Shown here piece after piece: positions 1-8,006 of a stretch of 19,187 bases of DNA. How positions within the stretch are numbered: the stretch's first letter is position 1; each line of letters opens with the position of its first letter. A program made the translations under genes and the position numbers. The stretch is from Candidatus Calescibacterium sp. GTDB lineage: Bacteria; Calescibacteriota; Calescibacteriia; Calescibacteriales; Calescibacteriaceae. Where the stretch lies: assembly GCA_032249135.1 (NCBI GenBank), contig JAVVGL010000032.1:1-19187 (forward strand), read 5' to 3'. The notes beneath the pieces were generated by a model, which worked only from the letters and a program-made list of their open reading frames with translations, did no database searches and had not been told where the DNA came from.

Positions 1-190
1 ATGAAAAATGAATGTGAGCTCCGAGGTTTCAACTCCTCATTGGTAAATTGCGAACAAGTTACGGTAACCAAAGAATTTTATAGTAATAGTAGGTTTCAAC
101 TCCTCATTGGTAAATTGCGAACTGAGTTGAAGAAGGAGGTGCAAGAGCTGAAATGGAAAAGTTTCAACTCCTCATTGGTAAATTGCGAAC
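1..190 (-). CRISPR. CRISPR array, leader-proximal end, probably continuing beyond the left edge: 3 identical 30-bp repeats, 2 full spacers and 1 partial spacer
   Basis: GTTTCAACTCCTCATTGGTAAATTGCGAAC occurs at 26-55, 93-122 and 161-190, with unique spacers of 37 bp (56-92) and 38 bp (123-160) and a partial spacer at 1-25. The reverse complement GTTCGCAATTTACCAATGAGGAGTTGAAAC ends in the class-1-type handle ..TTGAAAC. The AT-rich leader and promoter lie to the right, so the array reads on the - strand. Confidence 0.96.
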
Positions 191-199
191 CCTGAATTA

Positions 200-228
200 A
201 TTATAATCATTTTTGCTTGAAAAGTCAA
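200..228 (-). promoter_or_regulatory. sigma70-type promoter driving the CRISPR array
   Basis: The - strand reads TTGACT (228-223), a 17-nt spacer, TATAAT (205-200), then 9 nt to the first repeat at 190. Confidence 0.8.
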
Positions 229-365
229 GAAATTGAGAAATTTTTGGATTTTTTCTTTTGAAGGTCAATTCTGATGGTTCAAGAAAACCAGATTTTTAAA
301 CGGAATTTAGCAAAATATCGCTCCGGAAACCTTATCTGACAAGGCTTTCAGAAATTTTTTAATGC

Positions 366-411
366 TGCATCAAGATGCGCTCGCACACTCGCACACACGC
401 ATCAAGATGCA
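366..411. repeat. Two direct copies of palindromic GCATCAAGATGC forming one nested inverted repeat
   Basis: Copies at 367-378 and 399-410. Arms 366-379 and 398-411 are complementary at 12 of 14 positions, and the loop contains CTCGCACA twice. Confidence 0.85.
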
Positions 412-604
412 AATTACATCTCATACATCCCTCATCAGACAAGGTCTCCCAAAAACCACCTTCCAGCTGTACCCAAATTTTGCATTTTTTAACGAGAATA
501 AAACCATAACATAAAATACACTATCATAGACCCCAAGAAAATAAAAGGCAAAAAAGCACAAAAAAAGAAAATCAAAGTATGAGGTTAAATTAAAATCTAC
601 AAGG

Positions 605-1306
605 TTAAAAACCTATCCCTATCCCAACTTTGAAAACAGGCAAAATTCCAAAACCTGAACCAGAACCTACTTTCGCTGATTTTCCCCCACCTTCTGCTTC
701 AATTGATGAGGAACTTGCGGAAACCTTAACTCCTCCGCCAACCGAAAGTCCAAATCCCGCTCCCTCACGACCAGATATAAAATTATACCCCAAAATTATC
801 GGTAGAGAAAAACCTGTTCCAGAAGATTTTCCTTTCGCACTTATCTCCTGAGAAATTCCGCTCACTGTACTGCTAACAAATTCAAGTGTTGGAGTAAAAG
901 TCAAATTTACTCCTTCTGGTGCATTTCCGGTAAAAAATATTCCAATTGGTAGACCGAAACCAATTCCCCAAACATTCAAACTTGCAGTAGTTCCAACAAG
1001 CGATTGTTCAACATTTAGATAGTTAAAAATAAACTCAAAACCAATAGAAAAGTTTTCTTGTATTCCTCTGTGATATTCTAATTGAATGGAACGAATAACC
1101 GAAGCCGAAGAAGAGACAATAGCTACCAAAGTAAAATTTGCAGGGTCAAAACTGAAAATCAGAAGGTTTTTCCTCCATTCTTTTTCTTCATATTTTTTCT
1201 CTTCTGCTAACACTCCGCCTGAAAGAAGTAAAACATCTAATAAGCTTAAAATAACAACAAATAGCCTTACTTTCTTCATTATTCTGTTTTCTCTTACCGT
1301 TTCCAT
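605..1306 (-). CDS. Putative outer-membrane beta-barrel protein with signal peptide (DUF3575-like)
   Basis: ATG at 1306 is preceded by the SD GGAGGTG. The N-terminus KKVRLFVVILSLLDVLLLSGGVLA resembles a signal peptide. The body has alternating Gly/hydrophobic strands and ends in FKVGIGIGF with a terminal Phe (BAM-type signal). Confidence 0.7.
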   Translation of the reverse strand: METVRENRIMKKVRLFVVILSLLDVLLLSGGVLAEEKKYEEKEWRKNLLIFSFDPANFTLVAIVSSSASVIRSIQLEYHRGIQENFSIGFEFIFNYLNVEQSLVGTTASLNVWGIGFGLPIGIFFTGNAPEGVNLTFTPTLEFVSSTVSGISQEISAKGKSSGTGFSLPIILGYNFISGREGAGFGLSVGGGVKVSASSSSIEAEGGGKSAKVGSGSGFGILPVFKVGIGIGF

Positions 1307-1448
1307 CTTAGTTTCACCTCCCACTTCAAAATTTAATCAAAAATAAAAAATTTTGGAGTAAAAAATCAGGAAAATCTTTGATTTGTGAAGTTCCATCATT
1401 CTTTGACCAATTAGAGAAAACCATTTTTTTTACGAATAATTTTTTAAT

Positions 1449-4400
1449 ATGGTACAAAGTGCAATTGCTATCATACTAACTTTTGCTTTCTCAAATGAAA
1501 CTATTTTTGTGTCAAAAGCAGGAGACCAAACAAGAGTTAGCGTCACAACATCTCCATCAGGTAGAATAATAGCAGTAGCAGAAGATACAAACTGCGGAAA
1601 ACCAGAAAAACATATATGCCTGTATGATGGCGGAGAACAACTCGCAGATGATTCAGGAGTTTCAACAGCTTTCCCTTCAATAGCGGCAGATAGCTCAGGA
1701 AACTTATATGTAGTATGGTCAGATGCAAGTCAGATAGATCCAATTTCAAGAACAAGGACATGGGACATTTTTTTGAGAAAAAAAATCGGCTCATCCTGGC
1801 TCCCCTCTGAAAGAATAAACTCAAAAAATCCATCACAAGACCAATGCTCAACACAGGGAGACCAAATAAACCCAGATATATATATATCAGGAACAGAAAT
1901 ACACATAGTCTGGCAAAGTATAGAAAGCACAGGAAGGTCGTTTGTATGCTATGTCAAATCTCCAGATTTAGGAGCAACTTGGCTACCAAACAAAAAGCTC
2001 TTTGAAGGATATGTCCCAGCAGTAGTAGCCCAAGGGAACGATGTATTTATAGCATTCGCAGATATAAACGGAAATATAAAATTCGCAAAATCATCAGATG
2101 GAGGACAAACCTTTACTTTCAAAAACGCAATAAATGTATCTCAAAGAATCGCAGATTTATCATCTCCCGACCTCGCTATAACCCCATCCGGAAACATAAT
2201 TTTAGTCTGGCAAGATAAAGTATCAAAACTCGGAGGAGAAGATATAGATATTTTTCTTTCTATATCAAAAAACAAAGGAGAAACTTGGAGCACACCTTCA
2301 CGACTTGATTTACCCGGAGACCAAATCCAACCATCTGTTGTTTTTTTAGGAGGAACAAAAATCTTCTACTCACAGAAAAAAAGTGAAGCTCTGGGATTTG
2401 ATATTTATTTTGTGGAATCAGAAGGGGAACTGTTTATTTCACAAGGTGAAAATTCTCCTACATCAGCAGCAAGTGTAGTATCTGGTGAAAGTTCAATAGT
2501 AGTTTTTCAGTTGAAAATAACAGCAAGCGAAGAACTAAGCGAAGCAGAAGTAAAAACAATAACAGTAAAAGCATCAGGAACTATGATAGATAACCAGCAC
2601 ATCTTGAAAATAAGCGCATGGCACGACAAAGACGGGAACGGAGCAATAACAGAAGGTCAAGACATACTTTTAAGTTCATCTGTATTCTCACAAGATAATG
2701 GAAAAACTACACTTACAATAAACATACCAATCGTAAGTCCAAACCCCCAATACATAATTTTTGCCGTTGATCTTTCAAAACCTATTCCACGAGGGAGCGA
2801 TTTTAAAATAGAAATTTCTCCAAACGATGTTCTTGCAGTTTTACCGGGAACAAGCAAAGGAGTAAAAGTAAGCGGTCCAACTTTGCAAAGCAGAACAGTT
2901 TCAGTTTCCAACAATTTACCAGTAGTTTCTTTATATGTAAATCCTCAGAATGTTCTTGAAAATTCTGGTGTAGAAGTCATATTAAATGCAGGCTCATCTT
3001 ACGACCCAGACGGAGACCCCCTGAACTTTTCTTGGACACAACTATCAGGTCCCCCGGTAAATCTTATAACTTCTGGCTCAACTGCAAAATTTACAGCTCC
3101 ATCATCTGTCACAAGAAATGAGATAATTGTAATTGAGGTCACAGTATCAGATAATTTTGGAGGTACCTCAAAAGCGCAAGGGAAGGTCTATGTAATAGAC
3201 TCACTAAACGAGCCACCAGTTGCAATTGCAAGAGTAAAAATAGGTTCAGCTTTATTTGATGAACCAATAGAAGTCGGCGAAGGAGATATAGTAATTCTTG
3301 ATGGTTCTTTGAGCTATGATCCAAATGGAGATAGTATAGTATATTTTTGGACTCAAATTTCGGGTCCAAAAGTTCAGATTTCAAATCCTTCATCTGTGAC
3401 GGCTTATTTTGTAGCACCCGATGTAGTTGGAATTCAGAAAGAAGAAATTGTTATAAATCTTTCGGTAAGAGATTCAAAAGGAGCGGCATCTTCTGATCAA
3501 ATAAAAATACAAGTGAGGAATACAAAAAATGACCCGCCAGTGGCAATTTTCAGCTATACTCCGGCGAAAGGAATAGTGCCTCTTGAAGTTCAATTTGACG
3601 CATCAGATTCATTTGACCCCGACGGTTCAATAATTCTTTACACTTGGAGATTCGGAGATGGAACAGAAATTTCAACTACGAACCCGAAAATTACACATAT
3701 ATTTGAAAGACCGGGAGAGTATATAGTAGAACTGAAAGTTACTGACTCTGCAAATTTATCCTCAACATATTCAGCAGCTGTGACGGCTCTTTCAACTCAG
3801 CCATCTTTATTCATTTTCCCTTATCAAGCAGCAGAAGATATTCCATTTGGAGTTCCTAAAAACTTTGTCATAATCAGAGTAGTTAATGTTTCGGGCGAGT
3901 CAATTTTACTGAACTCTTTGAAGATTGAATTTTCTGGAACTCCGGATGCTCAAATTGATTTTCTTATAGATCGCAACAACGATAGAGTTGGAGATGTGAA
4001 AATATTCTCTCACATTCTGAGAACAACAAAAGATTTAGTTGTAGTTCCGCTTGATGTTATAGTACCCGGTGGAGAAGGGATAAACATAATTTTATCTTTG
4101 ACGGCATATCCCATAAGTATTCCGGCAAAATATGATGTAAGCATTTTAGAAATAAAAGCAACAAGTAGCACATCAGGAATTCAACCTGAAATGTTAGGAG
4201 AGAAATTGCCAAAGAGTTTTTCAGCATTTGTCAAAAGACCGTCTTTGTGGTTCCGCTCATTTGTGAGCACAATAACTGCATACTCGCTCAAAGCTGAAAT
4301 ACCAATAATCGCAAAAGCAAACGGAACTGACTTTCTCATAAGCTCCATAGGAATAGAATATGATCCAACAATAATAAATCTTGTTGAACTTGCAGAAGAT

Positions 4401-4916
4401 GAAAATGGTAACTCAAAATATGACCCAGGAGAAAAAATTATCACGAAATTTGAGATGGGACAATCTTTTTCCGATATCTCAATTCAAATAAAGAATGGAC
4501 AAGAAAAAAGATTTTTATTTGTTGCCTATCTTTCACCGACCACAACTTGGAAAGCATCTCCTGAAATATCAAAATTAGAAAATAAGAGTTTATCAAAATC
4601 AGAAAAGATAGCGCTTTCCTTACTTTTGATATCTTTAATTCCGTTTGCGATAGTAGTGAGGAGAAAAGAAAATTTTGTTTCTAATGTTTTACTTATGATA
4701 TCTTTTGTTTTATTTGTGAGCGTATCTTGGTTTTCGTGCGCTAACAAAGCTGGAAAATCTCCAATGGGTCGCCCACCTTCACAGGAACAACAAATACAAC
4801 CTCAGCAGCCACAAAGACAGACAGTATTCAAATTAAAGAGCGCATCAGCTTCTTCAATTCCGGCTCAGGAATTTGACCTCGTTGGAATTCCGATAGAAGT
4901 AAAAATTATGTATTAA
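1449..4916 (+). CDS. Large surface/secreted protein: BNR/Asp-box propeller, PKD-like domains, Ig-like repeats and a C-terminal membrane hairpin
   Basis: 1155-aa ORF with a short hydrophobic N-terminus. Asp-boxes SPDLGATW, SSDGGQTF and SKNKGETW. Three PKD-like units (SYDPDGDPLNFSWTQLSGP, SYDPNGDSIVYFWTQISGP, SFDPDGSIILYTWRFGDG). Three units with DxDxN-like loops (DKDGNG, DRNND, DENGN). Two hydrophobic segments at aa ~1054-1097. Confidence 0.85.
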   Translation: MVQSAIAIILTFAFSNETIFVSKAGDQTRVSVTTSPSGRIIAVAEDTNCGKPEKHICLYDGGEQLADDSGVSTAFPSIAADSSGNLYVVWSDASQIDPISRTRTWDIFLRKKIGSSWLPSERINSKNPSQDQCSTQGDQINPDIYISGTEIHIVWQSIESTGRSFVCYVKSPDLGATWLPNKKLFEGYVPAVVAQGNDVFIAFADINGNIKFAKSSDGGQTFTFKNAINVSQRIADLSSPDLAITPSGNIILVWQDKVSKLGGEDIDIFLSISKNKGETWSTPSRLDLPGDQIQPSVVFLGGTKIFYSQKKSEALGFDIYFVESEGELFISQGENSPTSAASVVSGESSIVVFQLKITASEELSEAEVKTITVKASGTMIDNQHILKISAWHDKDGNGAITEGQDILLSSSVFSQDNGKTTLTINIPIVSPNPQYIIFAVDLSKPIPRGSDFKIEISPNDVLAVLPGTSKGVKVSGPTLQSRTVSVSNNLPVVSLYVNPQNVLENSGVEVILNAGSSYDPDGDPLNFSWTQLSGPPVNLITSGSTAKFTAPSSVTRNEIIVIEVTVSDNFGGTSKAQGKVYVIDSLNEPPVAIARVKIGSALFDEPIEVGEGDIVILDGSLSYDPNGDSIVYFWTQISGPKVQISNPSSVTAYFVAPDVVGIQKEEIVINLSVRDSKGAASSDQIKIQVRNTKNDPPVAIFSYTPAKGIVPLEVQFDASDSFDPDGSIILYTWRFGDGTEISTTNPKITHIFERPGEYIVELKVTDSANLSSTYSAAVTALSTQPSLFIFPYQAAEDIPFGVPKNFVIIRVVNVSGESILLNSLKIEFSGTPDAQIDFLIDRNNDRVGDVKIFSHILRTTKDLVVVPLDVIVPGGEGINIILSLTAYPISIPAKYDVSILEIKATSSTSGIQPEMLGEKLPKSFSAFVKRPSLWFRSFVSTITAYSLKAEIPIIAKANGTDFLISSIGIEYDPTIINLVELAEDENGNSKYDPGEKIITKFEMGQSFSDISIQIKNGQEKRFLFVAYLSPTTTWKASPEISKLENKSLSKSEKIALSLLLISLIPFAIVVRRKENFVSNVLLMISFVLFVSVSWFSCANKAGKSPMGRPPSQEQQIQPQQPQRQTVFKLKSASASSIPAQEFDLVGIPIEVKIMY

Positions 4917-6264
4917 TTTCCTCCTCTCTTTTGCCAATTCCTTTTTCTTCAATATATTTTTTGATGAAAGAAATTGCTTCGGATTTTTCTGGCTTAATTT
5001 TTCCTTCTATTATTGCATCCTCTACTGCTTTCTTTATCTCACCTATAATCTTACCTTGTGGTAATCCGAATAATTTTTGAATTTCGTATCCGTTCAGCGG
5101 ACACTTTATTTCTGATTTTCCAAGTTTCACTATTTGATCTGCAATCCTTCTTTTCAGCTCATCCAAAGATTTTAGGCGTGGATTTGGGTCCTTTAAAGCT
5201 TTTATATCGTATTCTACAAACTTCAAGACCAAATCTCTATCTTCCCCGAGTCTTTTGATAAGCCTTCTTACCGCTGCATCTGACCAATCAGAAGAATAAT
5301 ATATCATGTGATTTTTCACTATTGAAATTATTTTTTTTCTTTCGTGTTCTGGGAATTTGAATGTAGAGAGGAAATCACTTGCAATTTCTGCCGAGAAATT
5401 TTCGTGCCCCCAATATACAACTCTACCATCAGGTAAAATCTTTTCAGAAAATGCTTTCCCTATATCGTGGAAAAATGCGGCAACTCTCAAAACAATGTCA
5501 GGAGGAACCAAATCAACTACTCTGACACAGTGTTCAAAAACTCCTTCAAAATGGTAAGGAGACTTCTGATCTTTGTAAAGAGCAGGAACAATTTTCGGGA
5601 AAGAATAATGGAAAAAATTTATATCTCTGAGAAAAATCAGCCCCCGCGAAGGCTTAGCTGATAAAAACAATTTTCTCAACTCCTCACCCTGCCTTTCCTT
5701 CGGGACCTGACATATAGAACCTATCTTCTCCTTTGCCACCAGAAAAAGCTCCTCAGATGCCGTAAATCCTTCTGAGATAAATCTTGCTATCCTTATGATT
5801 CTTGCTGGATCAGAAATTATAGTTTTGCGCGGAGACGATGGTGTTCTGAGAGTACGAGAAATTATGTCTTGTCTGGCAATTCCCAGAGGATCAAGAATCT
5901 GATTTTTGATATTTCCTAAATTCTTGAGCGGAATTACGAGGGTATTTATTGTGAAATCTCTTTCCCTAAGATCTTCCTCCAAGGTTTTTCCTTTCGGAGG
6001 AGTTATATCTATTGTGATATCTCCGAGAAAAATTCTCGTAAGCTTATGATTACTTGGTCTCATAAAAGGAGGGTTTCCAAATTCCCGAAGAACGACCCCT
6101 TCAAAGATTTCAATATTTTCATCAAAGACCACAATATCTATGTCTTGGGATAATTTATCTTTTGTGATCAAGTCTCTTGGAAGTCCCCCGACTATAAAAG
6201 CTTGGACTCCAAGTTTCCTTGCAACTTTACTCAAAGTATTCAGAACATCTTCTACATTCACCAT
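4906..6264 (-). CDS. cca: Class II tRNA nucleotidyltransferase with HD domain, probably CC-adding type
   Basis: Motif A FIVGGLPRD..QDIDIVV, motif B EDLRERDFTIN, motif D SDPARIIRIARF, ERQGEEL and an HD domain (EH..FHDIGK..GHE..NHM). C-terminal LNGYEIQKLFGLPQGKIIG. The start overlaps the upstream stop (ATGGTGA). Confidence 0.9.
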   Translation of the reverse strand: MVNVEDVLNTLSKVARKLGVQAFIVGGLPRDLITKDKLSQDIDIVVFDENIEIFEGVVLREFGNPPFMRPSNHKLTRIFLGDITIDITPPKGKTLEEDLRERDFTINTLVIPLKNLGNIKNQILDPLGIARQDIISRTLRTPSSPRKTIISDPARIIRIARFISEGFTASEELFLVAKEKIGSICQVPKERQGEELRKLFLSAKPSRGLIFLRDINFFHYSFPKIVPALYKDQKSPYHFEGVFEHCVRVVDLVPPDIVLRVAAFFHDIGKAFSEKILPDGRVVYWGHENFSAEIASDFLSTFKFPEHERKKIISIVKNHMIYYSSDWSDAAVRRLIKRLGEDRDLVLKFVEYDIKALKDPNPRLKSLDELKRRIADQIVKLGKSEIKCPLNGYEIQKLFGLPQGKIIGEIKKAVEDAIIEGKIKPEKSEAISFIKKYIEEKGIGKREEEINT

Positions 6265-7865
6265 AAGGATGTATATCCGACTAATCTATTTCTATAATAG
6301 TAAAGGAGTGAAGAGTTTTCAATTTTTACCTTATCTTTTGACAAGATAAAAGGAGGTTTTCTGTGATACTTTGAAAATATCTTTGATGCAGTATCTAATA
6401 TACTACGAGAAGTTTTACCTTTGACCCTATCTATGACACAAATTTTCCCCTGCTGTTCAAGTTTTATAAATTTTTCTTTTGCGATATCAATAAATTTTAG
6501 AACTTCTCCAATATCCAGCTCAATTCCTTCCATCAATGTTATAGCTTTTATTTCGTCAGTTTCTTCTGTGGCTTTAAGACCGAGCTCAAAAACAACGAAG
6601 GCAGAAAGGTTAGTTGAAAGAACAAAGGTATCTTTTCTATATGTTTCAGATACTTTTGACGCAAGCTCTTTTGTGTATTCTGCATCTCGTTGAAAGTCTT
6701 CTGAAACAACTCCATCTTTGAGGACATACCTTACCGGATCTATTGGTCTGCCATATGGATCAAGGGAATTTCCTTCGTCATCAACATAGTTTCCAAATGG
6801 GTCAAAAACATCCGAAAACTTGACAAAAACTTTCATATCCATCTCAACTATTCTTTTTATGAACTCAATAACTCTGGAAATGATGAAAGCTTCGTCTTCA
6901 TAAGAAACCCAATCTTCGCGAGTGACATCTTCAAGATATTGTTTTATAAGGCTCTCTGCTTCAAGAGTGATATGATAAGTAAGTGTGGCAGGGACTATAA
7001 ATATTTTAGGTCTTGGTTTTTTGTTCTTTATATTTCTTATGAACGACCTTATACCACAACCTAAAAGTCCCATTTTCAATTTTCTTGCGATTGCTCCGGT
7101 TCTTGATCTCGTTCCCTCCGGGAAAAATATATGATCATATTCTCTTTCTAATGTTGTGCATACATATTCTTTCAGGACATCAAGGTAAAGCTTGTGCTTT
7201 CTTTTTCTATCTACTTTGTAAGCTCCAAGATTTTTCATAAAAAATCCCAATATTGGATTAGAAAAGAGATTCAGACCTGCTCCGTAAAGAAAAGGAGGCA
7301 ATCCAATTTTATAAACAACATATCCTATGATTGGAGAGTCCATATGACTGACATGAGTTGGTAATAGAATAATCGTTCCTTTTTGAGCAAGTTTTCTTAT
7401 TTTTTCAAAATTACCGTGAATAATAAGATGAGAATCAATAGATGGAAGACGGAATGACCTTGCAAACATACTTGAGATGGAAAAGCTTGTCAAAAGAAAA
7501 GAAAGCCCAGGAGGAACAACCTTTGTTGCAAGATAATACACAAGCGGAGAAAAGTGCCCTTGAATCTCATCCATATAAACAGAGATTATTTTTTTGAGAA
7601 TGTATTTTCTTTCGTTATCATAAAGGTGCGGGAGCTTTTTTCTTAAAGATTTGAAAAATTGCAAATACGGTTGCGCAAGAGGAAAATCTCTTTCAGACTT
7701 CCATCTTTCTATTTCAGCATAAACTGTCTCATTAAGAATCTTCCTCAAATAAGAATCATCCTCTTTTATATAAGAGAATACATCTGACATGACACGAGAT
7801 ATAACCTCAGATTTTATTTCTGATTTTTCTCTCTCATCTGGTAAATATTTCCTCAAAGATGACAT
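6258..7865 (-). CDS. Glycerol-3-phosphate acyltransferase, PlsB/GPAT-like
   Basis: Acyltransferase blocks PTHVSHMDS (HxxxxD), AGLNL, GAYKVDR, FFPEGTRSRTG and IVPATLTY. The first in-frame ATG is at 7865 (MSSLRK); the ORF-track extension to 7913 is probably not translated. Confidence 0.88.
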   Translation of the reverse strand: MSSLRKYLPDEREKSEIKSEVISRVMSDVFSYIKEDDSYLRKILNETVYAEIERWKSERDFPLAQPYLQFFKSLRKKLPHLYDNERKYILKKIISVYMDEIQGHFSPLVYYLATKVVPPGLSFLLTSFSISSMFARSFRLPSIDSHLIIHGNFEKIRKLAQKGTIILLPTHVSHMDSPIIGYVVYKIGLPPFLYGAGLNLFSNPILGFFMKNLGAYKVDRKRKHKLYLDVLKEYVCTTLEREYDHIFFPEGTRSRTGAIARKLKMGLLGCGIRSFIRNIKNKKPRPKIFIVPATLTYHITLEAESLIKQYLEDVTREDWVSYEDEAFIISRVIEFIKRIVEMDMKVFVKFSDVFDPFGNYVDDEGNSLDPYGRPIDPVRYVLKDGVVSEDFQRDAEYTKELASKVSETYRKDTFVLSTNLSAFVVFELGLKATEETDEIKAITLMEGIELDIGEVLKFIDIAKEKFIKLEQQGKICVIDRVKGKTSRSILDTASKIFSKYHRKPPFILSKDKVKIENSSLLYYYRNRLVGYTSLW

Positions 7866-8006
7866 GCAATAGCAAATAGTAAAATTAATTTTGAACTTTA
7901 TATAAAATCGCAAAAATAATAGATTTCTGCATTTTACATCTTCTCAGAAGTAAAATTACTCTGAAAAGAAAGGAAAGGTTATAGACCAAGTATAGAAAAT
8001 AACGAG

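Larger units (their letters stand above)
191..604 (-). promoter_or_regulatory. CRISPR leader / intergenic region
   Basis: Non-coding, largely AT-rich stretch adjoining the terminal repeat. It contains the promoter, an imperfect inverted repeat GAAA-CCTT-N7-AAGG-CTTTC (326-349) and a double palindrome (366-411). The distal boundary is uncertain. Confidence 0.7.

Noticed and set aside
1..195. 64-aa ORF on the + strand
   Set aside because: It is a translation through the CRISPR repeats (FNSSLVNCE recurs), not a gene.
366..411. Hairpin as an intrinsic terminator for the 605-1306 gene
   Set aside because: No U-tract follows it on either strand, the loop is 18 nt and it lies ~190 bp past the stop codon.
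630..1346. ORFs 630-851 (Pro-rich) and 1086-1346 on the + strand
   Set aside because: Antisense shadows of the Gly-rich barrel gene, which has an SD, a signal peptide and a terminal Phe.
4906..6264. HD plus nucleotidyltransferase protein as a CRISPR- or defence-associated enzyme (Cas3-HD, CD-NTase)
   Set aside because: Motif order and C-terminus fit class II tRNA nucleotidyltransferases, and it is coupled to a housekeeping lipid gene.
7866..7913. N-terminal extension MRFYIKFKINFTICYC of the acyltransferase
   Set aside because: It starts at TTG in AT-rich divergent intergenic DNA; ATG 7865 is more plausible.
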